From NCBI RefSeq assembly GCF_008831285.2, contig NC_045138.2, positions 23,312,001 through 23,376,000 on the forward strand: a DNA stretch of 64,000 nucleotides, read 5' to 3'. Below the pieces are notes generated by a model. That model was not told where the DNA came from and ran no database searches. It saw only the letters and a list, made by a program, of their open reading frames with translations. The stretch is from Nymphaea colorata. Its lineage: Eukaryota. Positions 1 to 15,029 of this stretch are shown one piece after another. Made by a program: the position numbers and the translations under genes. The stretch's first letter is position 1. Each line of letters begins with the position of its first letter.

Positions 1-3000
1 TGGCGACCGTGAAAGAACCCATCATCGTTTGGCTATGATTATTGTTAATGCATTTCCACTAACTTGAACATCTCATATATTGCTGATGAAAAAGCATATC
101 CTCTTCTTTGGTCTTGACTCCATCGGCATTTCATTATGTTGCTTGATGATTATGTTTGTTCTCTTGCATATAAGACTAATTCAGGAAAATCAATCATGCT
201 CACCAAAATATAGGATCAAATACAACCTTCCTTAATTTAAGACTTAATTGAAAACAATGCTTGTTCTTCTTCTTATTTTAATCATCATCCTATAAAACAT
301 TACATTAGAGACAACCAATTTTGCATGTTTGTTCATATTTCAAAAACTTACCATACCTATTTGTCTCAATTATCATGTTGTCGGGCTTGGTCACCATGGG
401 CGGGAAAGCCCCTTCGTTAGTACCATGAGTGGTAACTTGTGGTATATTGATGAATGTTCAAGAAGAAGTAGATAAACTATACTCTTAGTTGCCCAAGAAA
501 GAATTTATGCTAGTACTAAGTTATTTAGCCAAAGTATATAAGAATAACTTGGCATCAGATTATCATGACGCGAAATTATCTCAATTAGGTCCCTATACTC
601 TCCAAATTATTTCACATGTATAAAGAATATTGGATGTGCATAAAACCTTATGTGATGATTTAAACCTTCTTATATACATCTACCTCATATTGTTCTTGTC
701 AATTTTGTTAATCTTTCCCACTAATTTCATTTCTATCCTAGAGAGTTAATTCTTTCCACTGTGGTATCACCTTCTTTTATGATCACATCGTCTTTGAGGA
801 AGGACCCAAACGGTCTACTTACATTTCTCTTGAGTCAAAACCTTTGGCTTCCAAATGGTATTGGTCTTGACATCTCACCTTCTCTCGAATGTTTCTTTCT
901 TACTTTAAAGAATGTGGGCTAGAGATAGTGATAGCTGAACGAATGCAATCAATTTATATGAAGAGTTTGGAGCCTATGTTGAATCTTTCACCTTATCTCG
1001 AAAAGTCATAAGAAGAGTTAAATATTATGGTTTCTTAAGCACGTGGAACCCCAAGCCAGTCTATTAAAAAACATTGATGGAGCATTGACAGTCTTAGAAC
1101 AACACCGTTGTTTTATAGTTGATTATTGTGCTAATAGATGCATGAGACAATTCTCTCAAAGACAGAAGATGGTTTTTGCGCATACACCAATTATAGCTAT
1201 TCTTGAATTCGACCTCAATTCTCCTTAATGGGAGGCATTGTTTGCAGTAGCACGGCAAGAGTGGAAGACGCAGATATCATACACTTGATTCATAGGCCCA
1301 GTGGTGAAGAAAGAATACACCAAGTAGTGAGATGTCAACCGACCACCATCCATCCTTCCTTAGAAGTTTTTGTTGTGAACTTTGTACTCCTTATTTCACC
1401 TTCAGTCGTTGTCACCTTTGTTAGTGTTTTCTTTGGAAGTAACTTTTAAAACTTTTAATGCAATATGAACCTTCACTTTGTCATTATTTCATTCCAATAA
1501 CACTTCATTTTCCTGTCTCACAATGTAAATACTTGAAAACCAACAAGATGGTTGAAACCAGAGCACAAGCTAAGCAGGCTCGTCAGAATGAGACTTCATC
1601 TTCTGATCCAGTGCTAGAAACACTTGGCTCCCCAACAATAGAGCCAAAAGGCTATCATATGTTCTGGTTATTCATGGAGCGATTTATGAGGGAGCAAGAA
1701 GAACAAAAGGCCTTGATGGTTACTCCAAAACCAGAAACTAAAAAGCCAGCCAAACAAAAGAGAAACAAGAAAAACAACAAATCTTTTTCTACATATCGAG
1801 ATGAAGACCATTTAGATTCAGACTAGACAACCAGCAAGGAGGAAAGGCCTGAATTGCTTCTGCTAAAGGAAAAAAATAACAAAGAAAAGCCAGAAAAGAA
1901 AAGAAATCATAAAGGAAAACAATTCACCTAGCCCTATCACCAACGAAAGTTTGAAGGAGAAGCCAAAAAGAAAAAGAAAGTCTGCCAAGAAAGGCAAAAA
2001 GGCAAAGTACATCCCAAACAGTAGCTCAAACAACTAGAATTGTAAAGAGAAAGTAAAAGAGGTCAAGGGAAAAAAAAATGACAAAGCCACATCAAGTGAC
2101 GATGAAAGTCCAGCTATGCATAAGTCAATTGAACATATGTCAGTAAGGTACTTTATTCTTGCAGGAGTGTTATGCAGGCATGGGATTAATACCAAATACC
2201 CTCAGTGTCTTGAAGAAGATGAGGCAAAGGAAGTCATCGAAGAATTGCATCGAGTAGACTGTGGGGGCCATGTTTGTCAAACCCTCACCAAGCAAATAAT
2301 TCGAGCAAGATATTATTGGCTTAGTATACAAAAATATTGTTACCAATTTGTCAGAAGATGTAAAGAATTTCAACTACATACTCCAATAATCCATGCACTA
2401 GCCTCTCACTTGCATTTAATAACATCTCATTAGCTATTTTCAATGTAGGCATTTGACATAGTCAGACCAATATCCTCTACAACTTCTAATGGCTATAAGT
2501 ATTTTCTTGCTGCAACAGACTGTTTTACCAAATGGGTAGAAGTCATCATGCCCATAATAATGGAAGGGCGTCGCGTAATATCTTTCAATAACAAAAATCT
2601 TCTTTATAGATCTAGAGTTTCTCAAAAATAAAAAGATGAGGCACTTTGTTTAGTAAATGTCGTATCAAACATCATTTTTCAGCTCCTTATTACCCCCAAG
2701 GTAATGGGCAAGCAGAGGCCACCTATAAGGTCCTGATCTGCATCTTGGAGCAGACCGTGAAAATTGAAAGAGATTGGCACCAAAAGTTGCACAATGTTAT
2801 GTGGGCATATCGCACAACTGTGAGAACTTCAACAAATGCTACTCTAGTAGAGCTAGTCTATGGAACGGAAGTGGTTCTACCATTATATGTACTACAACCC
2901 GCTTTGAAATTCGCTTCTCTCATAGAACTTCCTCTAAATCAATATCAGCTGAAGAGACTAATGCAACTCGATTTGCTAGATGAAAAGAGGCTAAAAGCAA

Positions 3001-3700
3001 CTGAATATGCTAAAGCTTATCGCCAAAAAGTGGCTTGACAATTTGCCAAGTTAATTATCTAGAGACATTTCAAAGTGAATGACTTGGTCATACGATCTGT
3101 GGTCAATCTCAGATGACAACCATAGTATAAGTGGGCACCCAACTGGGAAGGCCCATATGTTATTAAGGAAGCCTTGCCTCGTAACTTATACTGGTTGATT
3201 GATGTTGATGGGGTGAAACTTGTCAATCTAGTTAATGCTCTTCACCTCAAGAAATTTTAATTTGTATTCACTTTTCAATCAATGACAAATATTTGTGTTC
3301 TTCCCATTCAATCTACCACTCATTTAGGATTCTTTCCAGTCATATAACAAAACAATTACATTGGGACATTTATTATTATTATTATTATCACTCAAGACTT
3401 GAGAACAACCCACGCAGGTAAGAAGTTAAACCTACAATACAAAGCAACCCATGCAGGTAAGAGGTTAGACCTACAATACAAAGCAACTCACTCAGCTAAG
3501 GGGTTAAACTTGAACTCAATCTTGCCCAAACTTGCTCAGGTAAGGGGTCAAACCTGAACTCAGTCTAGCTCAAATAACTCATTCATGTAAAGGGATAAAC
3601 CTGAAACATCATTCCAAACATGTTTTGTCTGAAAAATCTCGAGTGCTTATCTTTGTCACTAAGCGTGGCTAGTGCTGGCTTAGTAATAAAGAGGGGCATC
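1..3700 (+). mobile_element. Degenerate Ty3/Gypsy LTR retrotransposon internal region (Tat/Ogre-like)
   Basis: Window opens with TGGCGACCGTG, resembling a tRNA-Arg-type PBS. Broken integrase at 2116-3260 (zinc-finger 'EELHRVDCGGH...C..C', 'YYPQGNGQAEA', 'WAYRT', GPY motif 'PNWEGPY'). Purine tract AAAGAGGGGCA at ~3688-3698, then TGTTATCACC at 3701 (likely 3' LTR start). Confidence 0.8.
3406..3607 (+). repeat. Short tandem repeat (~39-45 bp unit, about 5 degenerate copies) in the retroelement 3' untranslated region
   Basis: CAACCCACGCAGGTAAGAAGTTAAACCTACAATACAAAG-like units start at 3406, 3445 and 3484, followed by two more diverged copies. Confidence 0.85.
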
Positions 3701-3894
3701 TGTTATCACCCCAAATTTTTCTAAAAAAATTGTATTTTATTTTCACTCAAACAAAATCCTTAGTAATTTAGATTTAAATTTTTAGATCCTAAGCCAAATC
3801 CTAGACCCAAAATAAATTTGCAACTATTCGGTTCAAAATGAATCTCTAAATCCTTGTCTGAACCCAAACACAAGATTCAAATTCAAAACCCAAC

Positions 3895-6642
<2,748 letters not shown>

Positions 6643-7449
6643 ATGTTCTTACTTTTAAAATTCTTTTGAAAGCATGTTTCAAAATATCTTTATATAAACA
6701 TGTAAAAAAACAATAGTTCTTTCATCTATTACAAAAAAACTTATTTCTCCCAACGGTGGGTATGAGAGAAAATCAAGTATACTTGGAACGGAGAGTTATA
6801 AGAAAGCTCTTCTTGGGACTCCTAATCAGGTGATTAAGAAAAATAATCAATACTAAATGTAAGAATGTTATAAAGATGAATTTGACATATTCGTAAGGAT
6901 TTTTCCCGGGTTGAATAAATGTCGACATCAAAATTTTATCGGGCCTGCATAGGGCATAGGCCCGGGCTCAGGCCACAGGATGCTAAATAATGTTGGAAAT
7001 TGTTATTTGGCCTCGACTTTAGATTTTGAATTGAAATTCTTGATTTGGATTGAAACTTTGGTTTTGGATCTACTTTGGACCCAAGAGCGGCTGTATGGAT
7101 CCATTTTCCTAATTTGGAGTTGATTTCGCTTGATTCTATTACGGGACTTTGGCTTTGTATTTCAGATTAAGGTGTGAATTTTTTTTATCTATGACGTGGA
7201 TTTGGATCCAAATCTGGATCTAAAGTTGATTTTCGATTTAGACCTTGTATTTGGATTTGGATGTGGACTCATTTTGGATCTATGGTCAAGATTTGGATTT
7301 GGATATGGATCTTGAAATCTGTTTTGGGTCAGATTGGACCCATGGTCCGAAATTTATATTCAAATCTCTGTACAAATGATTGAAATCACTAAAATATGTT
7401 CAAATAAATTGAGTACTGTCTCTTGGAAACAAATTTGTAGATAAGAGTT

Positions 7450-10400
7450 AAATAGTGCAATAAGGAGAACTTAGCATCCTCAGCAGGGACCTACTCCATA
7501 AGACATTGCTTCTCTTGTTCTGAGATTGTTGAACCCTCCCCAATGAAGCTGAAAGGAAGCGTTATAATCACCTTCAATAAATTATTTTATTCTAGAACTC
7601 TGCCTCCATTGATGCTATTTTTTCATTATGTGCAAGGCATTCTCCCTCCATCAAACAAATCTCCTCCTAGCAAAGACATTGACTACTAAGTCCACTCTAG
7701 GCTGAAGATCACAAAGAAAATCTCTTGAACTGCCTACATGAGCTGAAGGATCCCCAACATGGAGTTTATGCCATCTAGCCAAGTTTCTTCTCATAATTTC
7801 CACCCTGGTAATGGTGGGTAACATGGAACAGCATCTAGCGAGAACATTTTAAGAAGAGGCAAGAATGTTGAACTTCTCAAGTATCAATACCTAATAACTT
7901 GAAAACCAAAATAACTTTGGTTAATAACTGGAATGGATGGAAAAAAGGTGAAAAACAAAAGAGTTGGGACGTCTAAGATAGCACATGTAGTTTGTTGTTT
8001 CTCCCCCAGCTCAATCACCAATTCATATCTAAAATGCATCAATCCAACCTAAAAAGAATGCAGTCCTCTCCCTATGTACATCATTCAAACTGCAGTTAAC
8101 AAGAAACTGATTATAAGCCCTATAAGGTAGCAACAACGGGCTCTTCCTCATTTTATCATGCAGGCCCTTAATAGAATTAAAATCACCAAGTAATGACCAA
8201 GGCCCTTTCATATTCTGAATATTTCTCTTGATAAAGATGCATCTTTCCGACCTCTTACAAAGGTTTGTGGGCATATCTCCACTTCAGTAAGAAGAAAGAG
8301 AAGCTCTATCTTTACATATGATGACAAATCAAAACTTGTTGGCTTAGAATATAGACAATTAACTTAGTAGGGTCCTTGCCTCATAATATCATCGTTTCAG
8401 AAGTCCAACTCCATGTATGGGAAATAGACGTGGAAACCTTGAAGTAATCAAGAAAGTCATGGAGGATTGATTGGAGGTTACTGTCAATAGTTTGCCATAC
8501 CAAACTCCTAATATTTCATGATAAAAACTTCATGACTGAATGGTGTCTTCAACAGGGGTGTCAAGTTTCTCCACTTAGGAACCGATGTCAAAACTGTGAA
8601 ATTGAAATATGTCTTGGCCTGGAGGAAAAAGAGAGTTTCTTCTGCACACTCTCTTCTGCTTACCGCCCGCACTGTCTAGGTCCTTTGATAGGCATTTAGC
8701 ATTTTCAAACATCTTTAGGAGACCCCTTTGCCCCATTACGGCTTGATCATAGCTCATAGAAGAAGAAGCCCTATCTTTACCCTTCGAATTGCCAACAACA
8801 GACTTACAAGCTATCTCTTTCTCTTCTTCACTTTTGACACGAAGGGATATTCTCTTATAATGCCTACTTAGGGTCTTGCACAAGAAAGAAAACATAATAG
8901 GCATCAGTTTCTCTTAATGCTTCAGACTAGTCACAATTTTATCCTCTCCAAACATTTTTTTTTCTTTACCAAGGATGTCTTCTTGCTGGGCACCTTACCA
9001 TCCACCTTACCTTCCCACTATCTACTCAGGGCTTGGTCCAAAGAGGGACCTGAGAGAACATTCCCCTCACAAATATCCTCCCTCTCATCTTCCAGTAGCA
9101 CAGAGAATCTATTTAAGGAAGCATCCACTTTCTTCTCTATTTCAGTTTTCTGCTTCTCTTTGTTTGGATCTTCTGTTCAAGATGGCCCCCTTTAGGAGGA
9201 CATTGAACCATTTGTATTAGTTTCTAGTAGAAAAACCATTTCTATTAGTTTCTAGTAGAAAAGCCTTTTCAGGGAAAGACTTTGGAGGGTGGGAGTTAAC
9301 CCAGCAGCACACCCTGCAAAATCTCAAATATCCCTAATTCACTAGCTGCCTTAAAAGAAGTCCCTTTGCTACAAAATGAATCTCCACTTGAGCCGGTTTG
9401 GCTTCAAAAGGAATGTCTACTAGAATGTGAGCATAAGCAATACGAGATATCATTTCGCTGGAAGATCCACGTTTCTAAGACCTTCCCTCAGCCCAAACAC
9501 CTAGGCCTGGGCGTCGGGCCGGGCCCGATAGGGCGGCCCAGCGGGCGGCCCGGCCCGGCCCGACTCCCGCCCTTGGGCGGCCTCCGGCGCTCGCTCCCCT
9601 CCCTCTCTCTTCCCGTCTCCCTCTCCCTCTCTGCTCCCTCTCCCTTCCCGTCTCCCTCTCCTCCCTCTCCCTCTCTGCTCCCTCTCCCTTTTCCCTCTCC
9701 CTCTCCGCCTCCGTCCCCCGCTCACTCCCCTCCCTCTCCGCTCCCCCTCTCCCTCTCCCTCTCCCTTTTCCCTCTCCCTCTCCGCCTCCGTCCCCCGCTC
9801 GCTCCCCTCCCTCTCCGCTCCCCCTCTCCCTCTCCCTCTCCGCCTCCGTCCCCCGCTCGCTCCCCTCCCTCTCCGCTCCCCCTCTCCCTCTCCCTTCCCG
9901 TCTCCCTATCCCTCTCCCTCTCAGCTCCCTCTCCCTCTCTGGTTCCCTCTCCCTGTCCGCTCCTCCTCTCCCTTCCCGTCTCCCTCTCCGCTCTCCCTCC
10001 TCCTCTCCCTCTCCGCGCCCTCTCTCCGGCTCTCCCTTCCCGTCTCGTCTCCCTCTTCGCGGCGGGCCGGGCCGGGCCTGACTTTTGGTGGCCAGGCCCG
10101 GTACCCGGCCCGGCCCGGCCCGGCAATATTATCAGGCCAGGCCCGGCCCGATGCCACCCCTACAAATACCATGGCTCTAAAGATACTTGCATTTCAAAGA
10201 AAGAAGTTGTTGCATATAAGTCCTGAAATATAACAATTCATTTAAAGGGACATCCTAGGAAACTATTGTAATGCAACCAATAATTTTCTAGGTGCCTTCC
10301 GTTCTCTCTTTATTAGCACCATATTAAGTTCATCTCATTTGGGAGCCAAATTAGGAAATCACCCCGACCCAACAAAGTTATCTTAGGGAAGGTTCTAGCA

Positions 10401-10950
10401 GAACCAACCTTGCATAAAGCACCATGACTGGTTCTAGTTGTCTAAATTCTTCTCACTAAATGAATCTTTCTTCTCCTTCAACACCACCAAAAGCCGACGA
10501 CTTGGCTATCTCACCCAACAACGACTCACCAGTCTTACTCAAACTTCAGATAGCTCCCACTTGAAGATGCCAACCTCTAAAGTACACTAATTTCCTTGCT
10601 GCTGTCCCTTCTCAATCAAGGGGAAGAGTGGAAAGGAGAAAAGCTGGAGATATGGGAGAGAGCCCCTTGCCACCCAGCCCGTCCCAATGCTGGATGCCAG
10701 AAAGTGACATTTGATTCCTTGAGAGCTGTTTGGCAACAATGACACAAATTTACTGTTGGATGAGTCTGCCCTAAAAATTGGAGCAGGTTCATGGAATGCT
10801 GGAACAAATTTTCTATGGATCTGCTTCATTTTTTTGGTAGATTCATGTGACAATAACGATATGCTACTATTGCTAGAGGAAAAAAACTCTACGCCCTTAA
10901 TTTTTCAAGAGAGAGAAAGAAGTGAAGAATCCTCCCAATGTGATTTCTCA
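7450..10950 (-). mobile_element. Degenerate L1-type LINE remnant (ORF1 plus endonuclease), interrupted by a MITE
   Basis: Minus-strand 8029-8274 encodes 'GPWSLLGDFNSI', an APE endonuclease motif. Flanking sequence looks like decayed ORF1/ORF2. Boundaries are approximate. Confidence 0.6.
9502..10162. mobile_element. hAT-type MITE with GC-rich termini and CT-rich tandem-repeat core
   Basis: Ends TAGGCCTGGGCGTCGGGCCGGGCC ... GGCCCGGCCCGATGCCACCCCTA form an imperfect TIR. 8-bp TSD CAAACACC (9494-9501) / CAAATACC (10163-10170). GGCCC subterminal motifs. Confidence 0.88.
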
Positions 10951-11989
10951 ATTCTTGCAATGAACAAGAAATCCTACTCATGTGAGAGTGAAAAAAAAAA
11001 AGAGAGAGAGGGAGAGAAACAAATAAGGTAGGCCAAACATTTCTCCGTACAAAAGCAAGGGAGAATTTGAATGAGTTGCTGGATGAAGATAATCAAATCG
11101 AAGGAAGGCGTTGGGCTAGAGGTCATATTTTTCGCTTTTTAAATGCAGATACAACCATAATCCTACATTGCATGTATATGTCTCTTACAGCATCCGTGCA
11201 TCTAATCATGAACCTATTTGAGTACTTGTTTACTGTTTGCATTATTTTTTACGTGATCATGTTTCAAGAACTAATTGGTTATTTTTTCCAATTTGGCCCT
11301 AAATTTCTTGCTTCAAAACCCTTCTTTTTCTTTTTTTGCCTTTTTATCCTTTGTCCGCTTCTAACTAAGGACTTCTTTTCTCAAAAATTTCTTAACTTGA
11401 TGTTCCTATTAAACCTGTGGTTTTTCAAAATCAGTCTTCTATGAAAACCTTTGGCCAATGTTTTTGAAAACATGGCGAAAATTTAATAAAAATTTGGTTT
11501 CGACATGTAGCATTGAGCCGGATCTAGCTGAAGACTCAAACTCCAATGAAATTTTAGATATACTTGGTTGTTCTCAATCCAAACCATTGATCGATATAAC
11601 ACCAAAATTTGGTTTCAAACAGTTGAACAAAGAAAATTTTGAGAACATGTTAATTGCACAAGACAGGATAAGGCACAACGTGCCAAAAAATAGTTCCTAG
11701 AGCACACACAACTTTTTCTGAACGGTGTATGCAAGCAATTGCGAACAGCGGCGTCCTTCGACAGGGGAAGCAATGCTTTCTCCCTCTCCGCACGCAAGAA
11801 ACTCCCTTCCTTTCCGTTCCTCCCTTCGCTAACCTTAAAATTCTTAGTTCAGGGTGTTGTCTCTCAGAGGAACGGTTTCCCTTTCCCCTCTCTCTCTCTC
11901 TCTTATACTATCAGGGTGTTGTCTCTCAAAGGAAAGGAACGCTTTTCCTTTCCTTCTCTCTCTCTCTCTCCCTCTCTCTCTCTCTCTCT

Positions 11990-13432
11990 ATGGAAGGTAG
12001 TCAGTACTTGGTCGGCGTCCCTCGGCCAGACTCTTTCCTACCATTGTTACGCTCGTCCAAATGGATGAAGAAGACGACCGCTAATGCAAGTTTTACCAGT
12101 ATTTTTACCTTCAAAGCACGAAAGGGTCCGGCTCATTGTGGCGCCCCAAGCAGCACCTGCGCCCTGAAACAAAAGAAGCCCCGCCCCACCAACAGCAGAG
12201 CATCCCCCTGTGTATTCAAAATCCGTTGCTGTGCCAAGGATAAATCGGAGAAACCGGCTGTCGCTTCGAACTCTACTTCTCCTCCGGCGCCGCGAAATGC
12301 AGGATTGGCCACTGAAACAGCAGCCTCTGAAGGTTTGGTCTTTGATTTGGGTAGCAATGGCTCCTGGGATTCTTGTGAAATTGGCTCCCCAATAGTTAGG
12401 AGATACCTAAGCGATGACGAAGAGAGGTGGTACATGTGGTATCACGGGAAAGGGGAGAATTTGTCGGATTCCGTCGGGTTGACGGTTTCTTCCAACGGGA
12501 TCCACTGGGAGAGGGGGCCTGCAAGTGCGAAGACTGCTCAGGATGTTGGGCAAGTAATGCATTGCAGCAACGACTGGTGGGCCTTTGATACACAGAGCAT
12601 CAGGCCCTCTGATGTATTGATCATGTCGAGTTCGAAGATCAGGGCAACCAGTGGCGTCTATTGGCTGTACTATACTGGTTTTAGCTCTGAAACTGTTGAA
12701 GTTTCAGGCTATTCCAGATTGCCAATACAGAATCCGGACAGGAATTCTGCCGAAGCTCTCGGTTATGATACTAAAGGGGTGGTTTACAAGTCGCTGCCGG
12801 GCCTGGCCATAAGCCAAGATGGGCGGCATTGGGCAAGGATTGAAGGGGAGCACCACAGTGGGGCTCTCTTTGATGTCGGAGACGAAGGTGAATGGGACTC
12901 TTCCTTTATTGCATCACCACAGGTGGTTGGTCACAGTGGTGATGATCTGAGGATGTACTATCACTCGTTCGACCTGAGAAGCGGCGTCTTCTGTGTTGGG
13001 GTAGCCAGGTCTAGGGATGGGATCAGGTGGGTGAAGCTGGGAAAGATCATGGGTGGAGGTCCACCGGGTTCCTTCGACGAACTTGGCGTTACAGCCAGGC
13101 ATGTGGTTAGGAATACCCGGGGCGGCGGGTATGTGATGGTCTATGAAGGAATCGCCAGAGATGGTCGGCGGCGAATCGGCGTGGCAGAATCTGCTGATGG
13201 TTTAAAGCAGTGGAAGCGGAGGGATGAGCCTGTACTGCAGCCGTCGGTGGAGGATAATGGATGGGATAATCATGGCGTGGGGCATCCCTGTTTGGTTCAG
13301 ATGGATGATGCTGATGAATGGAGATTGTATTATAGAGGCACAGGAAAATCTGGCAGAACAGGTATTGGAATGGCAACATCCGGAGGAAATGGGATCTCAA
13401 GTTTCAGAAGATGGAAAGGTTTTCACCTGTAA
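11990..13432 (+). CDS. Intronless five-bladed beta-propeller protein (glycoside hydrolase GH43/GH32-like, arabinanase/levansucrase/invertase superfamily), 480 aa, probable plastid transit peptide
   Basis: Open frame from the ATG at 11990, directly after a CT-repeat leader. Five repeats of a [WY]x[LM]xYxG...GxAxSxDGxxW-like blade motif (WYMWYHG, YWLYYTG, LRMYYHS, YVMVYEG, WRLYYRG). Ser/Lys/Arg-rich N-terminus. Confidence 0.85.
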   Translation: MEGSQYLVGVPRPDSFLPLLRSSKWMKKTTANASFTSIFTFKARKGPAHCGAPSSTCALKQKKPRPTNSRASPCVFKIRCCAKDKSEKPAVASNSTSPPAPRNAGLATETAASEGLVFDLGSNGSWDSCEIGSPIVRRYLSDDEERWYMWYHGKGENLSDSVGLTVSSNGIHWERGPASAKTAQDVGQVMHCSNDWWAFDTQSIRPSDVLIMSSSKIRATSGVYWLYYTGFSSETVEVSGYSRLPIQNPDRNSAEALGYDTKGVVYKSLPGLAISQDGRHWARIEGEHHSGALFDVGDEGEWDSSFIASPQVVGHSGDDLRMYYHSFDLRSGVFCVGVARSRDGIRWVKLGKIMGGGPPGSFDELGVTARHVVRNTRGGGYVMVYEGIARDGRRRIGVAESADGLKQWKRRDEPVLQPSVEDNGWDNHGVGHPCLVQMDDADEWRLYYRGTGKSGRTGIGMATSGGNGISSFRRWKGFHL

Positions 13433-13599
13433 TTTGCTCCCACCTTTTTTAAGATTTGTCAGTTTATTTTTTGTCATTTTCTTTTGAATTTCCATACTTC
13501 GTGTACGCTTTAGTTGGATTATTCGTTTCTGACACATTCACAATGATCAATCACCATAATAAGAATTGGACGCTCAGGTGCAAGTGCCAGTTTACGTGT

Positions 13600-14990
13600 C
13601 ATATGTAGCTCAGACGAAACGAATGTACTTTTACACGGCTGTACAGGAAGAATGGCTTTTGGCCGCAGCAATGTCATTCCCAATCACTTTGCTGCTGCTG
13701 AAAGCCTCTTCTTCCCATAAACTGTCGTACACCGTTCCCTTCAGAAAAAGGAAAATGAGCACCATCCATATTGTTCTTCTCCATTTGAGAATTACATCGA
13801 TCAGAAAATCCTTAGTCGCCAGAATGCACATATTACTGTCAAGGGTTTTTTGTGCAGAGACCACGTCATTACTTAAGATCAGCTTCTGTTTGAGATCAAC
13901 TTGTGTGTTTAGCTCTACCGACATGGTCCTGCTGGGAATGTAGCCCATTGCATGCAGACATTCGTGAGAATCCATAGCCTCTTTGATCAAGACGCCTCTT
14001 TCTCCCATTTCTCTCGGCTATACTAGATTAAATTGGTAAAATTAGTGGCAGATCTGCTAAGAGTTTCTGTGCTCCATACTCCTGGTGGTCCAATTAGACT
14101 TTTCCTTGTAGTTGAGAAGTTCGATGCAATCTAAGATTTCTATATAGAACTAAGTCAGTCCTGGAAAATTCTCTTCTAAACAACCCTCGACATCAAACTC
14201 TAGAACAAATTAACCTATTTAAATGTCCTCTGTGCTGAAAAATGTGATGATTATTCACTCTTTGTTTGTATGGTCTTTCGAGATCATTTATCATTTTTTG
14301 CAGCGGGAACATGTTCTGAGTTCTATATTGCGTGCTCGGCATACTGATTTTTTTGGACCATTGAAGATTGTCAAATTGATCTTTCATAATCTTTTTCGTT
14401 TCACAAAAGTTTCATGTGATTTTAACAAAAGCTACGAATGAAATGAAAGATACACGGAGAATGCATGAGTGTGTCCATGGACGCCGAGAGTTTTCATTAC
14501 ATCTTCACGCTCCTCCGTCCAATCTCCACCATATCTCCAAAGACTTTCGCTGAGCTTGCGGATTCCAATTTTCATTACTTCTTCATCACCTGAACTCATC
14601 ATATCGGCTATTTCCGGAACATCTGGCACAAAGGTCCTGTACCTTTGCTCCCAATTAGTCCAGCATTATTAGATCAAAGGGTTTGTTCCATTGTTGGGCG
14701 TTTACACATTTCAGGAAAATTTTAGAATATCCAACGATCTCTGTTACGCTGAAAAGCTTGACAGAACAAAACTGTGGCCTGTTGGAATTGCTTACCAGAG
14801 ACAATGGAGGTAAAGTTGATCTTTTCTTCTGCTGTCGATTCTAACGACTCTGTGATTAGTTGCATTACCCCATGGAGGACAGCTGAAATGATGTTGATGA
14901 TAAGATTCGAAGCTCTTTCATATAAATTTTTCTGCTCTGTGCTTAATCCCAACTTATTTGATCCTAAATTGTCTTTGATTTGTGCCTAAA
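13600..14990 (-). pseudogene. Decayed intronless coding sequence of unknown origin (possible endogenous RNA-virus polymerase/methyltransferase fragment)
   Basis: Co-oriented ORF fragments 14722-14952, 14432-14629 and 13631-14008 with protein-like composition, joined by frameshifts and stops. No TE domain recognised. Confidence 0.35.
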
Positions 14991-15029
14991 CCTACCCTTT
15001 CTTTCTCCATAAACGACCAGTTATGCTTC

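Noticed and set aside
3406..3607. CRISPR-like repeat array
   Set aside because: Units are contiguous tandem copies without unique spacers; eukaryotic context and no cas genes.
9366..10226. 286-aa Pro/Ser/Leu-rich ORF (extensin-like) and the antisense Gly/Arg/Glu ORFs
   Set aside because: Produced by the CT-rich core of a TIR/TSD-bounded MITE; low complexity, no signal peptide.
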